From Dimorphilus gyrociliatus (lineage: Eukaryota > Animalia > Annelida), in NCBI GenBank assembly GCA_904063045.1, contig CAJFCJ010000095.1:42866-106468 (forward strand): a DNA stretch of 63,603 nt. The letters are read 5' to 3'. This document shows, piece after piece, positions 46,566 to 60,279 of this stretch (position 1 is the first letter of the stretch; each line of letters starts with the position of its first letter). A program made the translations under genes and the position numbers. The notes under the pieces were generated by a model, which saw only the letters and a program-made list of their open reading frames with translations, did not search any database and was not told the DNA's origin.

Positions 46566-46895
46566 ATGGAGGAAAATTTATTGCATGAAAATGAAACTGA
46601 AAATAATGAGAATACTGAAGGCTCAGACAAATTTCATATTATTTTTGTGGAAGTCAAAAAGGGAAAGATATACTTTGTTTGTATTCTAGTAACTTTTCTA
46701 CTCATTTTTCCTCTTTCTGGCAAACAGACCAAAACTCTGAAAAAATTCTCTTCCATTTTGTATAGGTTACATCCGTTACAATTTTCTGATATCACATCAA
46801 ATGCAGATGATTATCTAAAAAAGAATTCTCTGCTATCAATAAATGTATTTTCCAAAATATTCATAATACCTGAAGGATATTATATCCATTTTTAA
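46566..46895 (+). pseudogene. Possible fragment of the same unknown family as 4520-5233
   Basis: FSDITSNADDYLKKNS resembles MIQKANDYLKSNP. Confidence 0.3.
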
Positions 46896-47512
46896 AATGG
46901 CTGCCATTTCAATTTTTATCTCTAGTAGTGTAATCAGCACAGTGAAATACTGGTTTAATATTACTTATCTATTGTAGATTAGAGCTGATGATTGTATGTG
47001 TACAGTACTTGATGTTTATTTGTTGTATCCATGGTCTTAATGAAATAAGTGAACAAGTAAATTGTATTCTGTTGAAAAAATATGATAGAAGTAAGTGTTT
47101 TTTTTTTAATTTATATAATTACAGTAAATTATACAGTACTGGCGAAAAGTCTTTGTCACACCATAAAGCATAGATTTTGTTTTGGTTATTATTTTCATAC
47201 TTACAGAAAAGAGAGCAAATTTATGATTTATGTTAAGTAAAAGTCTTCTAATCATTCTGGGTAGAGAAAGTAATTTTTTCTCAGGGTTAGCTAAGAAATA
47301 AGATGGTTTTAATGAGAGTGGTCTATGTATTTTATTTGATTAGTACTCTGTTATATCTAAACAATTTTCAACATACTGTTCTGTATATGGTTTAATTAAA
47401 ATATATGCCTAGGCAATTGCAAAAAACAGATTTCAAAAGTAGGTCAGAGTTTTTGTTCTGACAAGTCAATTTTATCTACAGTCCTGATAAAAAGTCTAGG
47501 CCAGGGTTGTTC

Positions 47513-47956
47513 TCACATAAGTGTTTTTGTTTTCTTATTATCCATTTTTGATGATTTTTTTCTTATTTGGCCATGAGACATTATTACTTGGATGATGGTT
47601 ACCATCACTCCAGCTCCTACCATATTTTTAGTGACTCTAAAGTTTTTTTCACCATCTTTTGTCCATGTCCTGAAATCATCAGGCCCACTCAGAGAGAATC
47701 TGGCCTTGTCTGTGAAAATCACTCTTGACCAGTCCAGATTTTCAGCAATTGTTTTGAGGCAGTATTCTTTTCTTCTTGCTGAATCCTTAGGTGTGAGATC
47801 AACTCTCTGTCTAATCCTTTTATAATTATAATTTTGCCTCTTCAGCTCTCTCTGAATGGTCTTGAGATTCACATCAACCCTTGCAGTTGCCCTAATTTTT
47901 CCTAATTCCTCATATTTCTTAACAACCAGATTCCTAACCTCTTTATCCCATGCCAT
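47513..47956 (-). mobile_element. Tc1-like transposase, internally deleted and truncated
   Basis: KTIQRELK, DWSRVIFTDKARFSLSGPD, GAGVMV. CAGT-type TIR-like starts lie nearby, but no matching pair was confirmed. Confidence 0.8.
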
Positions 47957-50900
47957 AATTAAGTAAATAGAATTTAAAGTTAACTACAGTTATTAAAATA
48001 GATCAAAAGTGATTACTTAACTTTGAAAATTAGTTTGGACAAAAAAAATTTCTGTTTAGGATGTCAATTTGAATCCAAAACCGGAAACAAAATGGATGTG
48101 CTGTTAATAACATTTCATGGCCAAATAAAGAAAAAACTAATTAAAATTAGCAAAAATTTTTTCCTATTAGCATTCACAAATATGATAATTTTGTCATTTT
48201 TTTGAATATTACATAAATATAACCCTTTATCAATATAAATTGCCTAAAAAAACATGTTTTTGGGGTGATTTAAAATTGACCTATCAAAATTTACAGTTTC
48301 TTAGTCCACCACTATACATTGGTAATCTCTCAAAGATATTGCAGATTAATATTTATTGTAGCATTAGATAATTGCTATTGTTAGTTGAATAGGTAGATTG
48401 AGTAGTATAGAGTTAAAAACTGGAGAGAGATGGAATTAAAACCCTGAAAGTTTATCTACTCTTTCAGATGATTTTTTACTGTAATGTTCCTCTTTAGCAT
48501 CCAATCATCATATTACTGATCAAAAATAACTATTAAATAGGCCATTGTCTTGTTTATCCCCTACAAGATGTAATAAATTTGCATTTTTCAGTCTGTAGAA
48601 AATGAACTACTGAACTATCACTATAAAAAAATATTAAAATGTTTAGAAGGTGATACAAAATTTCAAACTTACCTAGTGCAGGAAAAAGTGATTGAAGAGA
48701 ATTTTTTAACTGAGCAATTTGACTTTGAAAATGTTTTCAAGAAATATATTCAATATGTACCAACAGCTTTATTCCTTCAAATCTTACTTAAAATAAACAC
48801 AGTTAAATGTTCAAGACTTGCAGAAACAATTAGCAATACTTGGACTAATTTAATAAAAGAGAGAAAAAAGCAAGTGTCCAAGGATTTTGAAACAATTCCA
48901 AAATTTCCATTCTTAAAAGAAAATCCTTCTCATATTAATTTTAGTAAGATTTTTACACCTATCCAACTTGTATCCTCTAAACACTTGATAGTTGATGAAA
49001 ACTTTGGTAATGTTCAATCCTTTCAAAAGATTTTAATCAATGAGCAAAATAAAAGAATTCTAGTTAGAGGAGACGCTGGTATGGGTAAAACTTATCATGC
49101 AATGAAAATTTTACATTCATGGTTCATGATGACGCATTTTTGGACAATTATCTCCTTTTATATATTAAACTAGGAGATGTTCAAAGTAATTCCAGTGAAC
49201 AATCTTTGGCTGATGTTCTGTTTACAAGTAATTTTAAGACAGACTCCTGTGTAACCAAAGAACTCTTTCAATACTTTTTTGAAGGGAGAGAATGCAAAGA
49301 AAAGATGATTCTACTTTGGATGGGGCAGATGAACTTAAATATGAAGATTCAATATTTAATCTCATAGTACAAAAGTGTAATTTTACAACCTATCCCATAA
49401 TTGTTTGGGCAAGAAATTGGAAGATCAAAGAGGTTAGCGACACTTATGATTTTGTATTTGATATTAATGGATTCAATGAAAGCCAATTGAAAATGTATTT
49501 TCAAAAATTTTTCAATGAAGAGTACCAACCGTTTGTAAAGCCCATAAATGATTCTCTTGATCAAAAAAAGGCAGAAAAGTCTGAAATACTATTCCAAACT
49601 CTAAAAACAGAAAACTTAAAAGTCTTTAAGATTTGTAATAATCCATTAATGGCATGTTTAGTAGCTGGTATATGGGAGGAAAGGGAAACTGACATTATAT
49701 CTAATAAATATTCCATCTTTGATCAAACAATACAGATTCTTCTCTCCAAAGCTGGAATTGTTTCAGAAAGTAATGTTTATTTTGAAATATTGGACTACTG
49801 TTCAAAACTTGCCTTTGAAAATTTACTTAACAATAAAAAAATATCAATAAATGAAATTTTACAGAAGTCAGATTTCATTGGTGGATTATTGATTCCAGTT
49901 AAGAAAAGATCAGTTGTGACCCATTTGCAAGAGTTTACATTTATACACTTCTTCTTTCAAGAATATCTCACTGCAAGATACATTCTTAATCTATACAAAG
50001 AAGGCACTAATAATGAAATGAATATTCAATCATTAAAATCCTATTTTGATAAGTTTAAAAATCTGTTTCTATTGAAGAATGTTTTCAGCTTCATTCAAGA
50101 AATAAACAGTAAAGTATTTTCTCAAATGATTGAAGAGAATGAAAATATTCTCACGGTATTGGAAACTGATCAAAGAATTATTGAAGTAATTAATACAAGG
50201 GATAAAAACTCAATTGAATTGGAGGAAATTTCATTATCATCGACTATAATTGATATTCTATTTGATTGTTATCAAAAAAATGTTAAAGTCATTAATCTTA
50301 AGTTTGTCAAGATGAATTTACCACATTTTATAGAAAGTTGTGTTAACCAATTAGAAGATAAATTAGAAATTTTGAAACTCTATGGAGGTGTTGAAGAATT
50401 AATAAAAATTGAAATACTTGAAAACTTAATGAGAAAAATGAAAAAGTTGAAAGTTTTAAATATAACTAATATTTCATTCAATGGTTGTTTGAAACTGTCA
50501 TCTTTTATACATTCAACATGTCTGGAAGATTTAACATTGGAAAATTGTAATTTACATAATTGTTCAGATACATTTTTCAATATTAAATTTAATTGTCTTT
50601 ATTGTTTCAATGTTTCTGAAAATTTATTTACAGGTAAGGCTATTTTTTAAAGAAATATTTCTGTTTTTTTAAACAATAATTACTTTTGTAGATAATCGCT
50701 TGGATGGTATATTTATAAATAACAGAAATATTATCTCATTAAATCTCTCAAAATGTTTTGATTCATCAAAACAATCAAAAATTATATTAAATCATCTTAA
50801 AAACCTCAATGACTTGTCATCTCTCAACTTTTCAGATAATATAATTCCAGTTGATAAAGGTTATATGATATTTGCAAATCAATATAGACAAATGACAGCT

Positions 50901-52993
50901 TTGCAAATTAACAATTGCAATACAGAGCTTGATTCAGAAGTGATAAAAAATTTTTTGGAGCTAAATAAACAAATAGAAGTTCTTGAGTTGAAAGGAAATG
51001 TTGTGAAGGAAAGCTATGAAAATTCCTTTCTTACTGTTCTTTTATCATTGCAAAATATGACACATCTAAAATTGCCAAGAATAGTCCATAAGAAAAACAT
51101 TTGGAGAGATCAAAAATTATCAGAAAATAAAAAAAACTTAATAAATCTAAAATCTTTGGATATGGGAGAAAATTGTATTCAATGTGTGTGTATAGCTAAC
51201 TTTTTTGAACAAGTTTCACAAAGTTCAAAATATTTATACTCTCTATGTTTAAGAAAGTCTAGAATTTCTTCACAAGTTGTTAACATTCTGTCAAACTCTT
51301 ATAATAAATGGGATGAAAGACAAGTAGAGTCCAAGACTGAAAATCTCCAGATTGTAAATCTCTGCTGGAAATTTCAATCGTGTGAATTTGAATTGAACTC
51401 AAATGACATTGATAAACTGTTCAATGGCATGTTTTACTTCAAACAATTAGATATATCCAATATAAATGCAGCATTAGTTATTAAAAATCTGTTTAAATCA
51501 AAATCTCTTGAAAGAATTGAAAGTTTAATATTAAGAAATTGTCATATAACACCAAAAGAGCTAGCTGAACTTGGTAAACATATTCATACATTTACATCTT
51601 TAAAAAAATTGGACATATCATATAACAAAATTGATTCACCATCCCTTTTATCTTTTTTCAAACAATTTAATTTTGAAAATCAAAAATTAATTAGACAACT
51701 CTATATACACAATTGTAATTTTCATTTGAAAGATGTCATTCAAATTTGTCAAGCTATTAATAATTTTGACAACTTGGATATTTTAAATTCATTGTTCAAT
51801 CCTCAATGTATTACTAAAATCAATTTTAAGGAATTGGAAAAATGCTTAATTCAGAAGCATTCAATCTGTTTTTCATTGGAAAAATACTAGATGATTTTTC
51901 AGATATGTTAGAAAGTAAAATCTTAAAAATTTCCAACAAATTCTTCTTTACTTTGGAAAATATTCTGTATATAATCAAAGAAAGCCAATCAATTGTTATT
52001 GACACATTGCAAACATATTCTGAGCTAAATAATGAGCAAACAAATTTTGAATTAAATACTTTTAATAATGAGCAAAGATCACTTCTAAGAGATGCTTTTA
52101 AGAATAATAGCTCTTTTCAAACACTACAAAAATTCAGAATTGATGCTAAAAATATTTCAGAGAAATTTTTTGAAGATTTACTTAACACTATCAAAGAGAA
52201 ATGCTATCGTCTAACTGAGATCACCATAATAAATTGCACATTTCATCAGAAAATTCCAAATATTGTTGTTCAAATGACAAAACAACAGCCCAATCTTGAA
52301 AGCATGGTCTTTTCTAATGTTCAGTTTGGTACTCAATTAAGCAAAGAGCTATTTCAGCATATAATAGATAGAAAAATACAGTTATCCTGCATATGTTTAT
52401 CTAAATGTGGATTACATTCAGATATTTTTAACATTATTGGTAAGGCAATCAGCATACTACCTGAAATTACTAAATTATATTTTGAAGATAACTCTCTTGG
52501 ATCAATAGTTGGAAAAGAAATCTTTAAAATAATTAAAAAACATTGCAAAAAATTGACAATTATAGGGTTTTGTAACTGTGATATTGAATCACAAGTTGAA
52601 ACTCTTGTTGGAGAAGCAATTGGAATGCAACCAGAGCTTTTTCATCTTGACCTCTCAAACAATTTGCTTGGCACAGAAATTGGAAAAAGTTTATTTGAAA
52701 ATCTTAACACAAATTGCACAAAATTGAAAACAATAGTTCTAATGAACTGTGGATTTGGATCAAAATTGATTCTGTTATTGGGGAAGCAATAGGTAAACAA
52801 ACTCAACTAACAGAACTTTTTCTGCAAGATAATAAAATTGGAACTATAGTTGGAAAGCATATATTTGAAAATATTGAGAAAAATTGCACAAATTTGTCAG
52901 TAATAAATCTAAGCAGCTGTGGAATTGAATCACAAATTGGTTCTGTTATTGGAGAAGCAATTGGAAAGCAAAAAGGCCTTACTGCAATCAGTC

Positions 52994-53046
52994 TGTTGCA
53001 TAAAATAATAGAGTTCAAGCATGTAAAATATAACCAAAGTTGTACA
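52994..53046 (-). mobile_element. 53-bp terminal fragment of the second LTR family inside the LRR array
   Basis: Identical to 54937-54989 and ends exactly at the LTR terminus TGTACA. Confidence 0.9.
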
Positions 53047-54354
53047 ATGCATTGACCTATCTAACTGTGGATTGGGATCAGATATTGGTAATGTTGTTGG
53101 TGCAGCAATTGGAAAGCAAAAAGGCCTTACTGTGTTACAACTCTCAAATAATCCTCTGGGAACTGAAGTAGGAAAAAATATATTTGAAAATATTAAAGGA
53201 ACTTGCACAAAATTAGCATGCATTGACCTATCTAACTGTGGGTTGGGATCAGATATTGGTAATACTGCTGGTAAAGCAATTGGAAAGCTAAGTGACCTTA
53301 CTGTGTTACAACTCTCAAATAATCCTCTGGGAACTGAAGTAGGAAAAAATATATTTGAAAATATTAAAGGAACTTGCACAAAATTAATCCAGATTGCTTT
53401 TGACAACTGTGGATTTGGGTCTGAAATTGGCTCAATTGTTGGTGAAGCAATAGGTAAACAAACTCAACTATCACTCCTGTATTTGCAACATAATGAAATT
53501 GGAACTATAGTCGGAAAGTATATTTTTGAAAATATTAAATTTAACTGCACAAAATTGAGCAAAATTGCTTTTGACAACTGTGGATTTGATTCTGCAATTG
53601 GTCCAATAGTTGGGGAAGCAATAGGTAAACAAACTCAACTAACAGAACTTTTTCTGCAAGATAATAAATTTGGAACTATAGTTGGAAAGCATATTTTTGA
53701 AAATATTAAATTTAACTGTACACATTTGTCAACAATTTGTCTGAATAATTGTGGATTACAATCAGAAATTGGTCCAATAGTTGGTGAAGTAATTGGTAAG
53801 CAAACAGAGCTTACTGGAATATCTTTGACAAAAAATCCAATTGGAACAGAAGTTGGCATTGGAATCTTTGAAAACATTAAAAGAAATTGCACAAAATTAT
53901 CAAGTATTTGCTTAAATAACTGTGGAATAGAATCACAAATTGGCCTGGTAATTGGTGAAGCAATAGGCAAGCAAAAACATCTCACTGCACTGGATCTGTC
54001 AAACAATCCACTTGGAACAGAAGTGGGAAAAAATTTAATTGAAAATCTTAAAGCAAATTGCACAAGATTATCAGAAATATATCTAAACAACTGTGGATTT
54101 GATTCAAATATTGGACCCGCTATTGGTGAAGCAATAGGCAAGCAAAAACAATTAAGTGTCCTTGACATTGGAAACAATGCAGTGGGATCTGTAGTTGGAA
54201 GAAATATATTTGAAAACATTAAAGATAATTGTAAGCAATTAATTAAAATAAATCTAATAAAATGTGATCTTGAATCAAATATTGGTGAAGCTATTGTTGA
54301 AGCAATTGGAAAGCAAAAACAGCTCTCTCAACTGAATCTTTCAGACAATCCACT

Positions 54355-54989
54355 TGTACTGCTCTTGCTGGCAAAATCTATGCGTTTGCAAGTTATAACA
54401 ATACTGGTTCTACTCGAACCTTTAAACAAATGTTTAAATTAAAACGGTTTATTCGCAATAATAATACTTAAGCAAGTAACGATAGGAGAGTTCGATAGCA
54501 GAGTAGATAGTTTGTAAAAGCAGGTTGCCAAATTACCAAACTGTCTTCTAATGTTGAGGAGTAGATGGATGGTTCCAGTGGAGGTTGTTTCCAGATGACT
54601 TTCCCAGGTCCTTGGGTCCAGATGGAAGCTGCATGCCAAATGAGAATAATGAGGATTTATATACTTTGAGGTTTGTCTCTGACATCCAATCATCACTTTA
54701 CAGTTGCCGAAATGTGTAGTTCATATTTATCTTTAGTAACAGGATGTTACAAGGTTCAACATTTAGGAAGGTTAATTGAATTATAACTTGGCCACACCCT
54801 AGGCAAGTTAATTAAATTATAACTTGGCCAAACCTTTATTGGTAATTAAAGATGAACCTTCAAGCTGACTAATCAGACTTATGTTTGGCCAATGTTATAG
54901 CATTTTCTTGAGTAGGTTTTAAGATGTACATGTATATGTTGCATAAAATAATAGAGTTCAAGCATGTAAAATATAACCAAAGTTGTACA
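54355..54989 (-). mobile_element. Complete 635-bp 3' LTR of a second retroelement family
   Basis: TGTA...TACA termini; preceded by PPT AAGAAGGGGGAAGT (54990-55003); internal TATATAAA and AATAAA; inserted after the LRR codons for DNPL. Confidence 0.9.
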
Positions 54990-55020
54990 ACTTCCCCCTT
55001 CTTTGTGAAGATGAGTCCCT

Positions 55021-55423
55021 TCATCTTGATTTAATGAGAATTACAGGTGGTTGTTCTTCTTCATTAGTTTGATGTTGACTAAAGCTACAACTTTGTTTCA
55101 TTAGTTTTGGGTTTTCAGGAGAGTTATCTGTGCTCTCACTTGGGGTAGCAATTTCTTCTCTTTGTTTTCTTCTTCCAATAATATAGTTGAAAATGATGAT
55201 ACATACCATTGACACTACAATACTCAAACAAATATTTCGTATGATAACATAAAGTGTTTTCCCAGGTTTATAGTACCAACTATGGAAAAACTTTTTAATT
55301 CCAGATAAATTGGGTACAATGCCATTTTTCTCTGCAACAGTGACCATGTTATCATACCTTGCCTGCTTCTGTTCCAGTGAACTGATAACTTGCTTAATTT
55401 TTGAGTGCTGGTATGCAATATTG
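55021..55423 (-). pseudogene. env: C-terminal remnant of a second env gene
   Basis: HSKIKQVISSLEQ...AEKNGIVPNLSGIKKFFHSWYYKPGKTL plus a TM segment aligns with HYQIQQVLEYIQD...ANDLGIDAALSPTQHLFSSWIRKPFKIL plus TM of the first env. PPT and LTR follow. Confidence 0.85.
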
Positions 55424-58139
55424 GAAAACAAAAAGGACTTAAATGGTTGAATCTTGAAGGTAATAAATTGGGATCAGAAGTTGGAAAGAGTATCTTTGAA
55501 AATATTAAGTTGAATTGCTCAGATTTAAGTGCAATCAGTCTTGCTTCTTGTGAACTAGAATCAAACATTGGTTGCGTTATTGGAGATGCAATTGGACGAC
55601 AAACCAACCTTACCACATTGCATCTGTATAATAATTCACTTGGAACAGAAGTAGGCAGACATTTTTTTGAAAATATTAAGTTGAATTGCAATGGGTTAAC
55701 TACAATTAATCTGGCTTCTTGTGCATTTGAATCAAACATTGGCTGTGTCATTGGAGATGCAATTGGAAAACAAAAAGGACTTAAATGGTTGAATCTTGAA
55801 GGTAATAAATTGGGATCAGAAGTTGGAAAGAGTATCTTTGAAAATATTAAGTTGAATTGCTCAGATTTAAGTACAATCAATCTTGCTTCTTGTGAACTAG
55901 AATCAAACATTGGCTGTGTCATTGGAGATGCAATTGGAAAACAAACTGGACTCCAATGGTTGAAGCTTGAAAATAATAAAATTGGTTCAGAAGTTGGAAA
56001 GAGTATATTTGAAAATATTAAGTTGAATTGTAGGTATTTAATAACAATTAGTTTTGCTTCTTGTGAACTAGAATCAAACATTGGTTGTGTTATTGGAGAT
56101 GCAATTGGAAAACAGAGAGAACTTACTTATTTGGACATTTCACATAATAATTGGGATCAGAAGTTGGAAGATATATCTTTGAAAATATTAAGAAAATTGC
56201 ACTAAATTATCCATATTAAAACTAGAAAACTGTAACTTTAAATCAGATATTGGTTCTGTTGTTGGTGAGGCAATTGGTAAACAAATAAGTCTAACTGCAT
56301 TAAGTCTTCAAGATAATCCTCTTGAAACCAAAGTTGGAAAAAGTATCTTTGAGAATATTAAGATAAACTGCAGGAATTTGTCAAAAATTTTATTAAGGAA
56401 ATGTAACTTTGATTCAAGCATTAGTTTTCTTGCGCTGGAAGCAAGTCAAAAACAGAATATGAATGTAGTTTTATCTCTGGATGACAGCTTAATGAAAAGT
56501 ATAAATGAAAAGCATACCACTGAAGGCGTATCATCAAAGAAATTGCATTCTAAAGATAGTTTGAAGAAAAAGAATCGAACAAAAATATGCCTACTGTTGT
56601 GATTTTTAAAGATTATATGTACCTCTACAATTTTAGCAGTTGATTATTCAGTTCTTAAAGTATCAGTTTGTGTGTTCAAACTTGCTTGTTTAGAAGTAGA
56701 AACTAATTTTTTTCAATAAATTTTTTTATGCAAAATACTTGTAATTTTGTTAAAATTTCTGGATGGACTTGAAGGGATCTATTTGTTTGAACACTTTGGC
56801 AAATTGGTGAATGAGAGTGGTTTAGCTACATTTAAAAGAATAGGGGTGAAATCATACCCGTTTTAGTGAAACCGTACCCATGAAATTGTAGATATACTGT
56901 ATATACATATATTACTAAGAAAATGATAATAGACTAAGACATAACTTTGAAAGATAAAAATATGAAACTTTGTATAAAATTGTTAGCTTTTTTCATTTTT
57001 AATATATTTTTATAAATATATATTAATTGTTGATTATTATATTCTCACTATATTATCATTAGCTCCCAAAATAGAGCAATTTTTTTACCATTCAAATATC
57101 TTTTTCCACTCCTTCAGACTTTTTTTCCCATACTCAATCAAGAATGTAAAAGAAGAGAGAGAGAGATAAAGAGAATCTAAATATTGTATTTGCTTTTACT
57201 GGTTAGATATAAAACATTGCGAAAAATGATTAATAAGCAAAGAAAATAAATTTTTTACACAAAATGTTTAAAATTGCAACTGTCATTCAAATATATCTTC
57301 TTTTGGAAAGACTTAGTCATTTTAGAAGACATTTTCCTTGGTACTTTTTCTCTTATTTGAGGACGATTTTTCCAATTCGAAACTGTTTTTTCTGTGGAAA
57401 TTTTCTCCAATTTGTTGATGTTTTCTCCTGATATTATATTTTGTTTGTAAAACTAGATTCTTCTCTTGGAAATTGTAATGTTTCTGCAACTAATCCAAGA
57501 CAAATTTTCCATTTTAAAATGTCTGTATTATTTATTTTTTATAGTTTTCTGTATAAATTCTGATATCTTCATGATATGTAAAGAGAAAATGTATATATAT
57601 AGACTTGCCTAGACCACGTCGACATTGAAAAAAAAATCCCATAATTCAAAATTTTTCTTTCACTATATTACTTAATATATTCTAAAAATAGAAAAATCAC
57701 TGTGTCAATTACTAAATATTTGTAAACACGATTACGTAATCCGTTCAAATGATTGACAAAGAATTTTACAAAATGGAGGTCTAGTTAGAAGTAGAAAAAA
57801 ACTAGTTAAACAAACACTGACATATAAGAAGTCCTGTATTACATACAGTCGCGATATCAAGTAATTATAACAAGAGTAAAAATGTCTAAAAATCCAAATA
57901 TCTTGATTTACAAATGGAGTTTATGGTTAGGAATATTTTTGTCTGTAAGAGAGATGACTTATGAAACATCAGGCAAAATTTTTTAAATTATCTATATTTT
58001 AATCATCAGTTTTTCACTCTTTTTTTACAATACTATCAATTTAGACCACTATTAAGTAATTATAACACTGTCACTATGACCTTATAATTATAAGTAGTGT
58101 CATTGAAAAAAAATTTGGTCTCCAAATATTGTTCAAGCA

Positions 58140-58260
58140 ATTTAAAACAATAGATGACCTGCATAGGTCTGGTAGACCACATAAAATTGCCAGGAGGATG
58201 GAACTGCAACTCACAAGAACATGCAGATCAACCCAAAATGGACAGCTAGAGGCATTCTAG
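58140..58260 (+). mobile_element. Tc1-like HTH remnant
   Basis: IDDLHRSGRPHKI motif. Confidence 0.5.
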
Positions 58261-59329
58261 AAAATTCTACAGTTCCAATTCAGATATCAGAATATCTAAC
58301 CTAACCCTAACACTAATCCATAATCAGCAAACTGTAACATTCTATATTTGATGGAGATTGTAATACCTGTTACAATGTAAGCAAATTACCAATAAATGTT
58401 AGATTTCCATTGCCAACTTCCAACAATAATCTTTGTTGGACAAAATGTTTGGAAGAAAAAGTCTTTTGGTCTGCACACCACTAGATTACTAGATTAATGC
58501 TAAATTTAAAGGGAATTATTTATGCGATCTAACTTGAGCAAATGTTACTTGTTGCTCATATAAATGTTGGTGTAAGAATCATTGTCAAGCATTTTATGAT
58601 TTCCTGCAGGATCAAGAAGAAACATAACTGTTTGTGATGTTACTTCAAACTTTTAGACACTTAGTACAGTAGTCTTCAATCTGTGGGGTTCTCATAATTT
58701 TGGAAAATGGAAACTAAAGCAAAATATACATATTTCACATTTTAGAGAGATATCCCAAAGGCAACATCTACTTTAACACTTCTACTATATAGTAAGTATT
58801 ATTTATATAATCTCTATAAAATAGTTCATATGTGTACGGATATCATATTTTCAAATATATTTTATTAATATATTTCTTATATTTGTAATGATTCAGCAAA
58901 ATTGAAAGTATTGATCTATTACCCTTTTAACAGAAGAATTAGTTAAGCAACTCATTTTTCATGTAAACAGATTTTTTAATGAGCTATTTACAGTTTCCAT
59001 ACTTCACACATCTTTCCTTATGTATTGACATTGTTTCTCATCTTAGTAGTCAGAGGAGAAGTAAGAAATTTCTCTTTCATAGTAGTTAGAGGGTTGAATT
59101 AAAAATCTAGGGCTTCCCAAATGTCGTTTTTAAATACTGGTATTCTGCTGAAAGTTTGATATAAACCTTTGGACAAATATTAATTTTTTCGTCACAGTTA
59201 TCTCTAGAAACTAAAAGGGATGGATCTGGTGTGTTGCTCATACTGCTCTATTTTTATCAATATAGGAGTAGGTATTTTCTCCTCAAATTTGCCTGGAACT
59301 TTCATTGTGCAAACTTTCATTCACTTCTG

Positions 59330-59720
59330 TTAAGCCAGTACAAAATTATCTTGGAGTAAGCAACTGCAAGTCATGGCTATATGTTCTGATCAACAGTTGC
59401 TTTTTTAGTCCATGAGAAGGCCTCTTCAAAGAATATTCACAAACAGTTAAAATGAAACTCTGAGTGAAGGTTCAGTAAGAAGGTGGGTTATTATGATAAA
59501 AAAGGAAGAAAAATCTTAAAGATTTGCCAAGATGTGGTCATTGAACCACTTAAAGGTACATGGCAGAAAAAGAAGCATTTTTGGAAAAAATTGTTACTGG
59601 AGATGACCCAGAATCAAAAAGGTCTTCTTTGACATATAAATACAACTCATCACCACCTGAAAGAAAAGCTAAAAATGACCAAATACATCAGGGAATTTCT
59701 GAGTAAAAAACCATTCTCCT
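59330..59720 (+). mobile_element. Mariner remnant, same family as 20905-21315
   Basis: Shares GTCCATGAGAAGGCCTCTTCAAAGAATATT; FWKKIVTGD motif. Confidence 0.75.
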
Positions 59721-59959
59721 TTTATTGGAACAGCCCATCCAAATGGCAGACATGTATAAACAATAGGGGGACTACTAAAAAATAAAATAATTAATTGTTC
59801 CAGAGTAGACTATAGGCTATAATATTATAAAAATATTTTTAAAATTAGTTCACTATTATAGTTAAAAATACAAAATCTCTACATAATAATGTGCAATCGC
59901 ACCTAATATTTAACATATTCTCCAATCAAAATTTTACTTTTTCAAAATATATTTACATT

Positions 59960-60200
59960 TAAATGCAATTTATTTCAATTTTCTGTCAACCCCATTCATT
60001 AGGTCTTCGCCCATTTTCAATTCATTTTTCATGACCAAATAGAAAGAAACGTTTTCTTGAATAATTTTGTTAAGACTGTTCTGGTAATCTTCCAGATCAT
60101 TATTTGTTCTGATACTTTTATCAAAAACAGACCAAGTCTCTGGAGGCCACAATGAACTTTTTTATCCATGTATTAGAAATATATTCCAACAAATCAATGA
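59960..60200 (-). mobile_element. Phantom/MULE transposase C-terminal remnant
   Basis: WPPETWSVFDKSIRTNNDLE resembles WSPKCWSIYQCAIRTNNDVE of the 26.4-kb element. Confidence 0.75.
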
Positions 60201-60279
60201 GTTTATTTTCTTTTTCGAGTTCATTCTGAATGTTATTGAATTGATTATCAATCATGCTATATGACAGTTATAGCAAATT

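Larger units (their letters stand above)
48591..56420 (+). pseudogene. Second NLR-like gene (NLR2: death-fold-like, NACHT, long RI-type LRR array), disrupted
   Basis: Walker A GDAGMGKT; Walker B ILL/DGADE split by a frameshift; FIHFFFQEYL; GT-AG intron 50634-50691; 57-aa LRR dyads. Frameshifts near 49130, 49310, 51870, 52765 and 56150, plus LTR insertions. Confidence 0.9.

Noticed and set aside
47130-48316. Full Tc1 element boundaries
   Set aside because: Several TA-CAGT-like starts (about 47132, 47477, 48315) exist, but none forms a matching inverted pair.
52354-56081. Minus-strand ORFs at 52354, 52803, 52930, 53635 and 55224
   Set aside because: Antisense shadows of the NLR2 LRR array.
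14701-56420. VLR-like somatic assembly of LRR cassettes
   Set aside because: No incomplete germline gene with ordered flanking cassettes or recombination signals is visible. It is kept only as a weaker gene-conversion hypothesis.
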